The notes: generated from the sequence alone by a model not told the origin. A stretch of DNA of 64,000 nucleotides from Octopus sinensis (GCF_006345805.1 NC_042998.1:168206001-168270000), one strand, 5' to 3'; counted from the first letter of the stretch, positions 26,344-41,280 are shown. Numbers and translations are program-made.

Positions 26344-27950
26344 TTGTTTGAAGGAGAATGCATATATGTATGTGTAAGAGATATGTATAAGGAGAGACAT
26401 TGATATAATCAGTTCCAAAGTGAGGGAAATAGAGAATGAGATTGAACATAGAAATAGGAGAAAGAAAAAGAGAGAAATAAAGAAAAGAAAGAAAAAACAA
26501 ATATAGAAATAAAGTGAACAAATGTATTACGCGGAAGTTGATTTGTATTTGATATTTCATTTGCACTTAAAACGAGAAATTAGACCCAGGAAACATAATT
26601 TCCGTAAAAATTTTCAGACCCATTAGACTGAAGCTCCTTATCTTTTAATGCCTAAAATCTTTCATACATTAAAAGTGTATCTAGTTCCTATAAGTAATAT
26701 TAAAATCATTTAAAGAAATCCACCGAGATTTAGCTATGAAAGTTTCACTTCCAAACAATCAGTGTAAGGGAAACGTTTATTTAAGATGCTTTTATTTAAA
26801 CACTAAGTTTCCATTTCTACTTTGCTTTAATCTATTCTCATGTTTTCCTTCCAGTCTCCCATTTCCCACCCAACAACCTATTTTTATCTAAGTGTTTTTC
26901 TTACATGTTCATGTTTTCTCTTATTCATATTTCCGCGAGTTTTGTATTTTCAATATTCTTTTTCACGATTTTTCTTTATTTTTAATTTTTCATTTTTGCA
27001 AATTTTCGCTTCCTATTATTTTTCTATTACTTTCCTCTAATACATTTTGTTTGTATTATTTTCATGCTTACTGAAAGCGGTGAGCTGGCAGAATTGTTAG
27101 CATGCCGGACGAAATGCTTAACTCTATTTCATAACGTATTAAGTTCAAATCTCGCCCAGGTCGAGTTTGCCTTTCGGAGTCGATATATTGAGTACTATTG
27201 AAACACTAGAGTCGGTGTAATCGACTAGTCCCCTCTCACAAATGTTTGGACTTGTACCTATAGTAGAAAGGATTATTTTCATACTTACTCTTTGATATTT
27301 CTTCGAAAACTTTCTGGATTATCTCTACTTCCATTTCTTCCCAATTTCCTCTTTTTGTTTTCCTGTCTACTTAATGCCTTGCTTTACAAATTGCCTCATA
27401 AATTGGTATATCTAATTAAATATAAAGCTTCCATGTTAAAAGCTTGTAGCATTTTCAATATTTCTAATGTATCAGTTACCAAATTTCGTGAATAGTTAGA
27501 AAAGAATTTCCTTTCACCATGTTCTTATTTTTCAAAGATAAAATAGTTACCTACTACAAATGCTTCGATCTATCATTTTTACTTGTTTTCTTTCAAATCC
27601 GATGATATTTTGTATTCACAAGAAATTCCTTTGACATCTCAATGAAATAATTTCGAAATAACAGGTAAAAACTTATATCATATTGAGAAAATACTGCCTT
27701 ACACGCATGAATTACCAACTATTTCACTCGTGATGCTACATTCTGACCAATGGATACAGTTAAATTTCTATTAAGAAGTATAAATAAATTACTAATCCTA
27801 CCGGATAAAATAAACCTAAAGAGCCGTAGAAAAGTACAAAAATCTCAATATATTACGATAATTACATTGTATACTTGTCTGATTATGATAAATAATGATG
27901 ATAATAGTATCGGAAATGTATATCTAAAATCAAGTGGTCTAAATAGTAAA

Positions 27951-28542
27951 CAAGAGCACTCAGAAAGCGCAAACCTCCGCCAAGGCAACACCAACGTCCT
28001 CTCGACGATTAGCCAGAGGTGAATTTTTAAAATGAGAACATCTGAAATAAACTCGACTGTTCCCACAAACGAGAATGCTAAAAATGAACCCGACTGCTTT
28101 CAAAAATTAAGTAACAAAAACCAGAAAAATAATCCAGAATCCTTGTCCGGTACCGGATCGATCTCAATGGTAGTCAGGGAATGTAACTGTGGCTGTAGAA
28201 AATTTAGTAACAGTAATAAATAGTTTATCCTTATCTAATACAAGCCAAAGTTAACAAATTCGCCATTCAAAATAGTTCCAACCTAAAGGGAGATAATTGA
28301 GAAAGATTTGAAAGTTAACGTAAGATCGTAATCACGTAAAGTAAATATAACAAATAATCCAGAATCCTTGTCCGGTACCGGATCGATTTTAAAATATAAT
28401 CAGTTCGTGCCAGTCACGAGGCCAAACATCCCTGAAAGTTTCATCCAAATCCATTCAGCGGTTCTTGAGATATCCTGTCCACAGACAAACAAACAAATAC
28501 AACTAAAAACAATACCCCCGCCTTCGCTAAGGCGGGGGTAAT
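27951..28542 (-). mobile_element. Helentron-associated non-autonomous element (HINE/DINE-1-like)
   Basis: 5' attacccccgccttagcgaaggcggg stem-loop/subTIR, (GTTT/GTCT) run, 3' subTIR ttggcggaggt plus terminal stem-loop. Internal ~35-bp direct repeat at ~28128 and ~28354. Confidence 0.65.
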
Positions 28543-29303
28543 GATACTAAGACAGTCAAAACACCGAAGAAACTGAGGATGGAAAACTAAATCGGCAGAC
28601 TTGGTTACAATATCTTCGGTATACGCTACTGGGGAAAATTGAAGTTAATCATCACATCTTCTTTATATTCAATTGCACAGCTTTTATGACTCATATTAAC
28701 TATCAAGCATGCACATTTAACATGTTCAACAAAATAAAAAACAAAAAAAACATCGTCGTTCTTAAAATCATTTTGACATCCACCAAATTTCCTGCTATTT
28801 TGCAACCAGCGTGAAAGGTAGGATGTATAGCATTAAAAAAATTGAAAAAAATCTAAAGATGTCTACAAAATAAAAATAAACGCTTTCAAAAGAAGAGTTA
28901 AACTAGTGGAAATAGCTTTCAAAGTTTCAGTATTTTTTCGTAAGACACTGTAAAATGAAAAGTTCATGAAAAATCCAATTTCGGAAAACTAAAATAAATG
29001 CCAACCTGAAACAGCTACTGAGAGTTGTCATGATCGAATTTTGCAATGAAGGGAGTGCTCTAGAATACAACTAGGAAAATATATTTATTACGGGATACTG
29101 CACAGTTTTCTTCAAGCGAATTCCTTTCACACGATATTAGTAAGGACGATGCTTAATGTGTCATGCAATGAATTCGAGCTCGGGACGACGAATCATATTG
29201 GTACAGAGCTCATCTCCAAATGTATATAACTAATTCTCTTATTCTTAGTTGCTGCTCAGCGCTTATAATTTTCCGTTCATCGGACAGTTTTTGCTAGCAA
29301 AAA

Positions 29304-29341
29304 CTGTCCGATGAACGGCAACGCGAAACTCAGAGTAACAG
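29304..29341 (+). ncRNA. minimal type I hammerhead-like motif (CCGATGA core variant)
   Basis: ctgt CCGATGA acggcaacgc GAAA ctcaga GTA acag. Stem I ctgt/acag; stem III actc-a-gagt. Preceded by a perfect 46-bp palindrome, followed by AATAAA and (TA)n. Confidence 0.6.
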
Positions 29342-29381
29342 GCTTTGTAGAATTTTCTGCTGCTTTAAATAAAGTATATAT

Positions 29382-29418
<37 letters not shown>

Positions 29419-29439
29419 TACTTTGCTTATATGCGCATA

Positions 29440-31120
29440 CCTGTCAATGCCCTGTGGTGTGCCGTAAGGCCACAAAAGACATTTTAAGACCCTCAAAGAT
29501 CCATATTTAACTACAGCTCTTGGTGGTCCAAACCTTCTGAAAGTGCGTACACTTCTAGAGGATAATTTCAACAAGAGGCCAGAAGGACGTACTGTACTTA
29601 TTGCATGTGAGCTTAAAAAATATTACCTTGATATAGCTGCGGTCTCTGAAACTTGTTTCTCCGATGAGGGTCAAATAAATGACCCTACTTATGGATATAT
29701 TATCTTCTGGAGAAGCTTACCTGAGGGTCAGTGTAGAGAATCTGGTGTTGGGTTTGCTCTCAAGAATTCATTAGTATCCTCCATTGCAGATTTTTCAAGT
29801 AATATATCTGAACGATATACCATGCCGTATAAAACTGACAAAAGCTAAGTTTCTTACCGTTGGCAGTATTTATGCACCAATAAAGTCTCATTATGATGAC
29901 ATCGGGACTAAAGGATCTGTGCGGTAATTTTCGTCTGATTTCACTTTTCTGTAGTTGGAAGGTTACTTGCCCGTATTCTGTTAGAATGTTTAACCTCCTT
30001 CATAGTTCCGAATATAGTGTCTAAGTTACAATGTGATTTTCGATCTAGTCACTCACTCTGTAACGGGCCTGCAATCTCATGTATCTGCATTTCACACAGC
30101 TAGTGTCTTGACCATCAAGTTGAAAAAAAAAACATTTGTAATGTTTCAATCTGCACGTAGTCCTGTTTGCAACCCCACCTAAGATTTTCGTTAAGGGTAA
30201 GTTACTTGAGGTTGTCGAATCTTTCATTTGCCTTGGATGATCTGTACAAAATGATGGAAATCTGGATACAGAAATACGCCTGCGAATTCAAAGGCCAGCC
30301 TGAGCATTTGTTGATTTAGAGTTACGTGTTTGGCGTAATAAAACACAAAATTGGCTCTTTACAAATCATTTGTCTTACCATCCCTGTTGTATTCTTTTGA
30401 AACATGGAATTGATATGAAAGACATTTCAAATTATTCTACCAAAAATGCATTTGCCGCATTTAAAACATTAAATGTTTTTTTTTTTACTCCAGACACAGA
30501 TGTCTTTGCGTCTTTAATTAAATCAATGATTCAATTAAATCAAATGAGATAGTTTGGCCATATTGTTCGAATGACGGATGAACGCACACCCAAACTGCTG
30601 TTTTATAGCGAACTTGCAGAGGGGAAATGCAATTGGTGTAAATCTAAAAAGAGGTTTAAGGACCGGATAAATATTACCATGGAGTCACTTGGAATGAATC
30701 CAAAGGCCATAGAAACCCTTGCTTCGGATCGAGCTGGATAGCAAATAAAAGTGTGGAATCGAGTAAAATCGTTTGAGGAGGCCAGGATAACTCATGCAAG
30801 ATTCAAGAGAGATTTAAAGAAGAGTGTTGCGATCGAGAAGGTGAATTTCAGTGACATTTTTGTGTGCACAGTTTGTGACAGCCCATGCCTTTCTTTTACA
30901 GGGCTCAAACCTCTCCAACAACTATTCTGCCTGTATATCTGCGCACACCTTTCCATGACGTGTATGCCATAAGGTTTGCAATTCTAACGGAGGCCTTTTA
31001 TGATACACAAAGATCAGAACTTAACTGCAGCCCTTGGTGGTCCAAATCAAATATGCAATCTATGTGGGTGTCTTTTCAATACATTGCCTGGTTTAAAAAG
31101 CCACATCAGACCCTTTGATG
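29440..31120 (+). mobile_element. RTE-clade LINE, internally deleted pseudogene
   Basis: APE: VRTLL..RPEGRT.LIACEL..Y.LDIAAVSET..GVGFA. C-terminus FGHIVRMTDERTPK.LFYSEL and CTVC zinc finger. Confidence 0.85.
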
Positions 31121-31224
31121 AATCTAAGGTGTAGGTACAAGAGGTGGTCAGGCTCATGTGTGTGTGTGTGTGTTTATGTATGTGTGTGTGAGAGTGTGTG
31201 TGTATATATATATATATGTGTGTG

Positions 31225-31265
<41 letters not shown>

Positions 31266-32271
31266 CGTCCTCGTATCTTTTAATATCTTATTTTAATTCC
31301 AATTTCTTCTCTTAGGAATATATTTCTTTTAAATTAATCCTAATGCGTCCTTATTATACCAATTTTTTTTCTTAAAGATAAACTAAATAAACTTTATTCG
31401 CCTTCTATTTTCACAATCGTTTATTTGTGAAAAGCTGCATATTTTAGATGCAAAAAGTTATCTCCTTTTACAATCCAGTACTATACTAATTATTATTACA
31501 TGTCGCTTCATTCAAAATTGTTATGTAACCGCCTTTCTCTAATACTCACTCCACCAACCTGATTTTACTCTACCCATTCTCTAATCCTAACTACTCACCT
31601 TTCTCCACAGTAGTTGATAATATCCCTATATATGTATGAACACACACACACACATACACACACGCACACACACGCACACACACATGTGTGTGTATTTATG
31701 ATTACATGCATGTATGTATGTTTGTATGTATGTATGTATGTATGTATGTATGTATGTATGTATGTATGTATGTATGTATATATGCCCGCATATATACACG
31801 TTCCTTTTCTCTTCAGCCGACTGAAAAGTTCTATTCAATAACGAAAGCCACTCTTACACTTGTCGCATACTTAATAAAAAAAATATTTTACACGCCACTG
31901 CATTAAGCATTGACTCCTTATTTAATTTGTGGTACGTGTCGGGCAAAATGTATGTGTTATTTAGTTACGAATTATTAGGTTCTGAACTCAAATGACGTCG
32001 ATTCAACCCTGCCTTTCGCCCCTCTGGATCGATAAAATAAAGTAACGTCTAGGTACTGACGTCGATATCATCGATTAACCCTTCCCCCAATTCTCAGGCC
32101 TTGCGCCTAAATTAAAACCATTCTAATACACAAGCTTATACACACACTCACACACTCACACACTCACACACACACAGACGCACGCATACACACATGTACG
32201 CACAGATATATATCAACACATATGTAATCATATTTGTATGTATTTATATGTGTGTGCGTGTATATATATAT

Positions 32272-32328
<57 letters not shown>

Positions 32329-32599
32329 TTGTGTGTATACATGTATCTATGTATATATATATATGTATGTATTATGTGTGCATGTATGTATATATGCACA
32401 TGTATATATACATGTGCATTTATATATGTAAATGTATGAATGCTCGAAATGAGGCGTAGATAGACGGCCGACAACTGATGAAGGGTCCTTTCTCTGTGTC
32501 GTCATTTTTTCATTTTTTTCTCTCGTTTACGTATTTAACTCGTTTGTTTATGTAATTCATGTTGTTTGTACCGTTGATGATATCCTGTACCCATATATG

Positions 32600-32636
<37 letters not shown>

Positions 32637-32641
<5 letters not shown>

Positions 32642-32741
32642 CCGACGAGATACGTCTGCACCGCCGGATGCTCCTGTACCAGTTTTTTGTGTGTCCCACA
32701 TGAGGAGTCGATGCTGGATGCGTCGAAACAATTGTTGTGAT
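32637..32741 (+). ncRNA. type I hammerhead-like motif with long stem II (CCGACGA variant)
   Basis: atcac CCGACGA [gatacgtctgcaccg..cgatgctggatgcgtc] GAAA caatt GTT gtgat. Stem I atcac/gtgat, palindromic acaattgt stem III. Directly after (TA)n. Confidence 0.6.
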
Positions 32742-33956
32742 TAATAATATATTCTCGCATATTCCATCTTCTGTCTTTTATTGTTATATATGCGTGTATA
32801 TATATTATTTATTATTATTATTTAATTGAACGCGACGTATCCATTTCCAAATAGGTTTGTGTATGTGTGTGTGTACGTGTGTGTGTGTATGCATACATAC
32901 CTATAGTCAAGCAGAACATTATAAGCGCTGTAAGTCAGCGCGCGCGCATGTGTATGTGAATGTAAGTGCGCTTTCGAGCATATAAGCTCGCGCGCGTGTA
33001 AGTTTGTCATATCACAATGACATAATTTCCTTTATAGTCACTGGTAGATCTATTTTTATATTTGCACTTAGTCCTCCCTACACGTTCATGATATAGCTAA
33101 CCAAGTTTTGTAAAAGTCCTTTAGGCCAGAGCATCTAAAACATATTGTTATGGATAAACGTACTCGTTTCTTCATCGTTCGCTCAGGTCGATCTCAATAC
33201 CTTTTGTATTTTTTCTTATTATTATAATACAATTATCAAACATATGTATGACTAAACTTTCAATTCGTATTACGTACCGATTAACCTGAGTGTCTTGACT
33301 TGTTTACAGCCAGTGCAAAATCTGCACATTATTCTTTTGCGGAATGTTAAGGTGACTACTTTATCTGGTTAAGTGAAGTTATGACTATGAGATACACAGT
33401 GTTTAGGTACAGCTGAACAATGGGAAACAAAAGCTCATGATCATACAAGCGCTAAATTTCAGAATAAAGATTTTCTTAACGCTGGCACAAGGCCACAAAC
33501 TTCAGGGGTGTGGTGTAATCGAGTGAATCGACCTTATGAAAAGCGACGTCAAACCCAACGAGATTTTAACTCACAATATAAGACATGTAACCGAATACCA
33601 CAAAATATTTCATCCGATGTTGTACCGATTATGCCACCAAACGCCCCTAATAAATTTCAAGTACTTATTTTTCTAACAATAAGACTGACGTTGGGGAAAC
33701 AAGTGCTTCTGAAACAAGAATTATAGCAACTTGTTGAAGTCTATTGTTTTCATTCTTTGCTATTCATATATCAATCTATCAAATTACAAATTCAAAACAA
33801 AAAAAGTATTACATCATTAGTTTAATTAGTCGTTTGATAAAATATTTAGCTTATTGTATGTGTTATTTGACCCTGCAGAATATCTGGGCGGGTTTTCGTC
33901 CGTTGTGTTCATGTGTATATATATATATATATGTATGTGTCTGTGTGTGTGTGTGT

Positions 33957-34005
<49 letters not shown>

Positions 34006-34929
34006 ATGACCACATGCATATACACATGCGTGCACGCATATGAACATTTCTTGTTTATGTATAAATATTCATCTATGTCTATCAATTGTTTCTATTTTTA
34101 TTTTTATTTTTGTTTTGTTTTTCTTTCTACAACAGGTATAAAGCCTGAGATTCAGGTTGAGAGTAAGTAATCGATTACATTCACCCCAGTGCTTAACGGG
34201 TACTTATTTTATCGATTCCGTAAAGATGAGAAGCAAAGTCGACCACAGTGGAATTTGAACTAAGAACGTAAAGCCAGAAGAAATGTCGCTAAGCATTTTA
34301 TCCGACGCGCTAACGATTCTGCCAGCTAACCGTCTTCCCGGAGTCAGTTGTTGTTGACGTTGCTGATTTATTCCCTGAGATAGAAAGCTGTTACGAGACT
34401 ATTTTAGTCCCTATGAGTGAGTATTTACTTGCAGCTCCACCTTTCAAACAAAACTGCCGTCGTCGATTTTAAAAAATAAATGTTTTATAGAAGAAAAAAC
34501 TCTACAGAACTGGAAACCACGAATTTCAAACTAAATTTTCTAGAATAAATACTAATACATCAATCTTTGATTATCTTTCTGTGATACAAAAGAAAATACT
34601 TTGGCGTAAAATTAGTTTCAGGTGAAGGGTATCCGGTGGACTGCACCGTTCACCATGAGCAACGCGGCATGAAAGGTTCTTATTTTGCACCCAAGGGCAT
34701 ATAAGCTTTAAGAGTACTTTCTGTAACAAAACCGTCTTGCTTTAAAAACAGTTTGAACATAGTAACATAAGAAGAGAAAGGCCTCTACTTTATCTGGTTA
34801 TCTGCATGTCGGAAGCACTAATCTTGTTAATGGTGTTGTTAAAATTCAAGTCTCATAAAAGTTTCGTGTTTAGGTTAATAAAATTCTCATTTGCGTGTTT
34901 TCTCCTTTGCAAATTTTGTCACCAATTCA

Positions 34930-35300
34930 ATTAGATTAAGTGCTTTTACTTGGATCATGTTCAGTTGATATCGCTTCGAAGTCAACTGTTTTCTTTTGCA
35001 ACATTATCGAGCATGCATAAAGTTTTATAAGTTTGAGCTTTGAAAAACTATGTTCGCAACATCCTGCTGATACCAACAGTGTGAGGAAGAACTTTAGTGC
35101 TAAGAAAACAGGCACACGAGCCAAACGTTTCTTTTGTAATATGAAGAGAACTCCCTTTGATAGCAAAAAATATTTGAAGTTTTCGAACCATTACTAAGTT
35201 TACAGCACAAAACTTCAGCATCACTATCTTTCTTATTTATACTCATTAATGATTTTCCCAAATTCTTGCAACTCGTAAGTACATAGTCGATAGATTTTTT
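34930..35300 (-). mobile_element. hAT transposase C-terminal dimerisation domain remnant
   Basis: FLTLLVSAGCCEHSFSKLKLIK resembles TxPVTxAxxERSFSKLKLIK. Confidence 0.7.
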
Positions 35301-37454
35301 TCTTTCTACTTTATGTGTAAGAGTGCACCTTTAGATGTATGTTTGATGAAGTACTACTCTAATAGAATCAGCCACAAATATTATACAACTCTTCAAATGA
35401 AATCATTTGCATGCAGTGACATTAAAGACGGAGGGGTAACGAAACAGCTGTAACTAGTAATAGAGATGTGCTAAAGCCTTTATTAGTCTTCTTATTTCGA
35501 TTCTATATAGCTCTTCGTAAGCGCATACATTAGATTTACTGATAATGAGCCAGGAATTTCAATCTGCCTCAATACTCCAGTTCGAGAGTGTAGATAACTA
35601 CAAGTTCGAGTTTAATGCTTCAGTGGAAATACTTCGATTCTCTATCCTGTCGGAACCCAAATACTTTATACGTCAAGAAATCATTTGATCGAAGCAAGAT
35701 TTAGTCAGTGTCGAAAACTATGAAGTGTTTATGATCTAACAATGAATTGTGTGAACTGCTACGAGCACTGGCGTTTATTTTCTTTAAGTGATTCATTTGT
35801 ATAAAACTATGGACTAATGGACTACATGGATCAATACTACACTCGAGACGGCTGTCGAGGTTAACCTAATCGTAGAATATGACCTGACCTTAGGTTAGTT
35901 CTGACTGAGAAAACCTATGTGTATACGTTAATGTTTGCGTGTAGCGTATATCATTTAAATATACAAACTTCAACCGTTTTCTCGAATTTGTCGAGTTAAG
36001 CTCGCATAAAGTCACGCAGTTCAAAACTGTTATTGTTGCTATTGTTGTTATTGCTGCTGCTGTTACTGTTATTGTTGTTGATTTTGTTACTGCTAGTGTT
36101 GTTCATTTTCTTTTCTTTTTTCTTGTTTTCTTGGCATTTAGCTTTTTTATCGCTTTCTTCTAATATATTATATAAAGGTATAAGGGTATTTTAATACACC
36201 TAAGTGTAAATATTTACACCGAAACAGTTTTAAACAGTATGTACTTCAGAAAACGAACACTACTTAATACATGAGTATTTTGTTGAGTGTAAATACTCTA
36301 ATGAGCCTGAAAATCCATTCCATTTCTTTGTCTCAACTCAGAGAACTCACTCATCTTTGCTTAACTATATTGAATCGAAGTTCTTATTCTAATTCCGGCT
36401 GAATAGTAACGCTAGTATTCAATGGTACATGCCTCGTGAACTTCCTCCGCGTAAGCTTCCACCACCAACGAGATATCTTTCACTACTGCCATGTATTCTA
36501 TGACGACAAATATGACAATAACAACAATGAGTAAGCACTCGATCATGTGACTAAGCATCGGCCTCGCCATTCTTCTTTTTTTTTTTCAGTCTATATATTT
36601 ATAATACAAAAATAGTATTGTTTATTAAATCATATGTATTTCGCAAATTTTTAGACTGAACATTGAATAGAAAATAATACAGGGCTCCGTGTCAGTTTAG
36701 TACTGGGTAAAAACCCATAAGCTTTGAAATGAAAAATAGAATAGAAAGAAAATATGCTGATTCTAATATATCGATACTGATTCATACAATTTTGTGAAAT
36801 AATAGATTTCTATTCACCATGGCTTGCTATAGAAATTGATATCTGTTCTATTGAGTGTGTAAGTCAAACTAACTCTATGGTTATATACCGAACTCCTGGC
36901 AAATGCATTCCAAATCACGAGTGCGTACCTTCCACATAATTTTCCCTATTATACAATTAAGCTGATGTTTGACACGAGTTTCAATTAATTCTGGCAAAAT
37001 TCACAATTCAGACCAAGAACGTACATTCAGATTCAGTAAGCAGCTTAAAAACGGGTAGAAATATTTGATAAGGTAGTCTTAGATATATCATACATGACAA
37101 AACGTGGATTCATAGCTGGAATGTTTATATATATATGTATATATATATATATATCTGTTTATTCAGGGCTCATCTTTGGCGAAGCAATAACAACAGCAAC
37201 AGCTCAGATTATTGTCTCAGAAGTGCAGAAGCAAATGTCTGACTAAATGTTAAGGAGTTTTATAAAACTCAGTAACTTGAAAAATAACGGCTTGATACAA
37301 CAGATACGTAAACTCACTATTTCAATACATCCACTCAAATATAGAAACAATCATAAGTCAGAAGTCTCACTTTCAAAGAAAATACAAAACCTTAAGAAAT
37401 AAACATAAAATTCGAAAAGGGAATTAAATTTTCATTATAAATGAAAATATATAG

Positions 37455-37800
37455 GTACATGCATAGTTGTGTGGTTAAGAAGCTTGCTTTCAGCCACGTG
37501 GTTTCGGGTTCAGTCCCACAGCACTGCCCCTCAGTAAGTGTTTACTATTGCTCCACGTTGACTAATGTAATGTGAGAGAATTTGGGAGAAGGAAACTATG
37601 TAGAAGACTAACGCCGATATGTGTGTGTGTCTTTGTGTTGCTGTCTCCACCGCTTGACAACCAATATTAGTTTACTTATAATCCTTGTAATCTAGCGGTT
37701 TGGTCAATGAGTCCCAAAAATAAATACTGAGATCGATTTCTTTTACTAAAACCTTCCAAGACGTTTTCACAACAAAGCCGTAGTCTGACAACTTAAACAA
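37455..37800 (+). mobile_element. SINE family 2, degenerate
   Basis: Head gtgtggttaagaagcttgc..gggttcagtccc and family body. Confidence 0.6.
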
Positions 37801-39404
37801 ATCGAAGACCAAAACATTTCTTTGAACAGGGAAATTATTCGCAGAATCAAGATCCTTTTTTTGAGATGCAGACACTTATTTTAAAATGGGAATCTTCTTT
37901 ATATAGAATTAAAAGTAACTGATACGTAAAACTCATTTTCGCTGAAGTTGCATGAGAATGAAGTTTATAATTGAAACTTTGACAATTACCGAGCAACAAG
38001 CTATTCTGCAATAAACATTGAAGACATTCTCAGATCTCAGAATGTATTCAAAGAAGTAATGGGTCTGTCATAATTGTAATCCTACGAAACTGCTTAATTT
38101 TCCGAATACGTAAATATTATCTGCATCTAGTTATAGACACTCTCCTGCCACTGTTGCTGTCAGAGAAGCAGTGAACTAATAGCTAGAATTCTGTGGTGAC
38201 CTTAGATATTTCTACTATACGGATACACCCTGAAATTTATTTGGGGAAAGGGGCTAGTCGATTATATCGACCCCGATGAACAACTGGATGAAAGGTCAAG
38301 TCGACGTCGGTGGAATTTGAACTCAGAACGTAGAGACGGATGAAACACCGCTAAGCATTTTGTCCAGCGTGCTAACAAATCTGCCTGCTCGCCGCTTGGT
38401 TCTGCTAAATATTAATAAAAGTTTTCCGTAATTTGTTTATATTCATATGTTAAACATTTTTTAATCCACATCATTAACTGGTTGTTATATTATTGTTTTT
38501 ATCTCCGTTCATAGTAGATGATCCAAATACTAGGAACATACGACTTAGAGAACTCAAAGTATTTCTGCTCATGCAAAAATACCCACTCCTACTTATAGAA
38601 AATAGCATACAACGAGCAAAACAGATACCTATAGAACAACTTAGGGCAACACGAGAAAGACGAACCCGTCAACGGAACACAATACCATTTCTAGAAACAC
38701 ACAATCCGCATCACCAAAACAGTTTTAACATCATCAAAACAAGTTTGCCAGTCACGAAAAAAAGTTAAAAATTAAAAAACTTAACTAATCAAGCACTTAT
38801 CTTAAACACAAGCAACCACATAAGCTAAAAAAAGAATTAACAAATGCAAAATTCAACACGAACAAACAGGATAAAACATTCACAGTATCCAATGATAACA
38901 GATGTGGAACGTGTCAATAGATGCATACTGGTAGATCCATTAGAACAAAAAATGGGCAGATTTTCACAAAAGCAGAAATTTGATCTACTGCATTAAATGC
39001 CCTAATTTCGGGGGACTATATATTGGCGAGACAAGGAATGTATTATCGGAACGCTCACGAGTTCACAGACAACAAACCCGGAACACCAATGTTCTCCAAA
39101 TTCCATATTCCATAGAACAAACAGACGGTCAGAAAATGTTTCTAATTTTTCCTTTCCACAAACTACATGACATAAGTGAGGTTGGAAGAAAGATAAAAGA
39201 AAAAACGTTTTATTAAAATGTTCAAACCTGTTCTGTGCGGGAATAACAACAATAATATAACAACCAGTTGATGATGCGGATTAAAAAATATCTTTAACAT
39301 ATGAATATAAGCAAATTACAGAAGACTCCCACCAACTGAAATAAAAAAAAACGATTGAGACCAACTAATTTTGCTCTCTCATAAAAAACATTACATGTAA
39401 ACTG

Positions 39405-39535
39405 CAAGCTAATTGGTCAAAATAAAGGCGGGATCTATTCCAGTAATATCGGTGTACCTGGCAAACCGTGACGTTTAAGCTACATACTGATTGGTCAAAA
39501 CTGCATTCGGAGCCTTCTAAAAGGTATAAAAAGGA
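39405..39535 (+). promoter_or_regulatory. putative PLE pseudo-LTR Pol II promoter
   Basis: Two ATTGG (CCAAT) boxes, GGCGGGA, and TATAAAAA at 39525-39532, ~70 bp upstream of the HHR core. Confidence 0.45.
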
Positions 39536-39593
39536 AGACAGTCATTTTACTACAATTGTCAAACACTCAAGTACTGTCAGTTAATACATTTTG

Positions 39594-39633
39594 AAATCTG
39601 ATGATTACTACGAGCGTATGAAAGCTCTAATTG
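39594..39633 (+). ncRNA. minimal type I hammerhead motif in PLE pseudo-LTR
   Basis: aat CTGATGA t[tac tacgagc gta]t GAAA gct CTA att. Confidence 0.65.
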
Positions 39634-39769
39634 AACCTTATGAACATTACTAAATATATTTTAATATTTAACACACTTCAACATTGTAAAAAATCTTTTA
39701 AAATTCAATAATAAAAAACATGAAAACCAGACCCTTTTGTAACTTTATTCAATTGTATATATATAGAGA

Positions 39770-39941
39770 CGTAGGCGTGGCTATGTGGTAAGTAGTTTGC
39801 TTTCCAGCCACATGGTTCCGGGTTCAGTCCCACTGAACCCTTGGGCAAGTGTCTTCTACTATAGACTCAGGCCGACCAAAGCTTCGTGAGTGGATTTGGT
39901 AGACGGAAACTGAAAGAAATCCGTCGTATTTGTATGTCTCG

Positions 39942-39997
<56 letters not shown>

Positions 39998-40220
39998 GTG
40001 TGTGTGTGTGTGTGTTTGTGTGTCTGTGTTTGTCTCCCCCAACATCGCTTGACAACCGATGCTGGTGTGTTTACGTCCCCATAACTTAGCGGTTCGGCAA
40101 AAGCGACCGATAGAATAAGTATTATGCTTACAAAGAATAAGTCCTGGGGTCGATTTGCCCAACGAAAGGCAGTGTTCCAGCATGGCCGCAGTCAAATGAC
40201 TGAAACAAGTAAATAAAATA
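39770..40220 (+). mobile_element. SINE family 2, near full length
   Basis: tRNA-like head, ccttgggcaagtgtc CORE-like block, (TG)n, gactgaaacaagtaaa tail. Confidence 0.85.
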
Positions 40221-40864
40221 TATATATATATTATACGACGTGCAATTTCCAGTTGTCGTATACCAAAGCCACTCACAAGGTTTTTGGTCGATTAGGATCC
40301 CATGTAGTTTGGAACCATGTTGTTGGGAAGCTAATATGTAGAATTTTAAAAATTACAAATGTATACTTGATGAGACAAAACAAAAGCGAAGAAAAAGAAA
40401 TCGATTATTGCTCAAATACATTTACCATCGGTTCGCGTCCCATAGAGTGACGCCCTAACACATTTAATTTATGCACAACGCTTAATTGTTGATAATAATA
40501 TAATTTTAATACATTAATATTTAAGTAGCAAACAATAGCGATAGTAGATTCTATCTAGCAGCGACAACAGCCCATTAACAACAAAATCTAGTGAAAGAGG
40601 GAGAAGGGTTATAGAAGGTGTCAAGATGATAATAGATCAAAAAGTCAAGAAAATACTACACATAATGTGATCATATGTTTTTAGCTTTTTTAGTTGCTGG
40701 TTCTTTTTTGTGTATGTCTGAGCGTGTGTAGGTTTCGATATGTAGCGAAGTATGTTAGTACATATGTATATATGTATATGTCCGTGTATGTAAATGTGTA
40801 TGTGTGCGCGCGTGTGTAAATATATGTATATATATGCATATATTATATATATATATATATATAT

Positions 40865-40904
<40 letters not shown>

Positions 40905-40938
40905 GCACATGCACATAAAGATTGTAATATATATATAT

Positions 40939-40994
<56 letters not shown>

Positions 40995-40998
40995 ATAT

Positions 40999-41030
<32 letters not shown>

Positions 41031-41221
41031 ATATATATATATATATACATATATATACATATATATATATATATATATTCATACATAAAGCATACAACAT
41101 ACATACATACATTATCACACACACACACCACACACACACACGCACACACACACAAAACATCATACATACACATTTATACACTCACACAGTTTTGTAGACT
41201 TCTTTTTATTTTTCTTTGATA

Positions 41222-41280
<59 letters not shown>

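Larger units (their letters stand above)
38490..39755 (+). mobile_element. Penelope-like element 3' portion: RT thumb/linker, GIY-YIG endonuclease, pseudo-LTR
   Basis: LMQKYP..IPFLETHNP; IYCIKCP..LYIGETR..R.RVHRQ; IFPFHK..RKIKE. The 3' non-coding region carries promoter motifs and an HHR. Confidence 0.85.
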
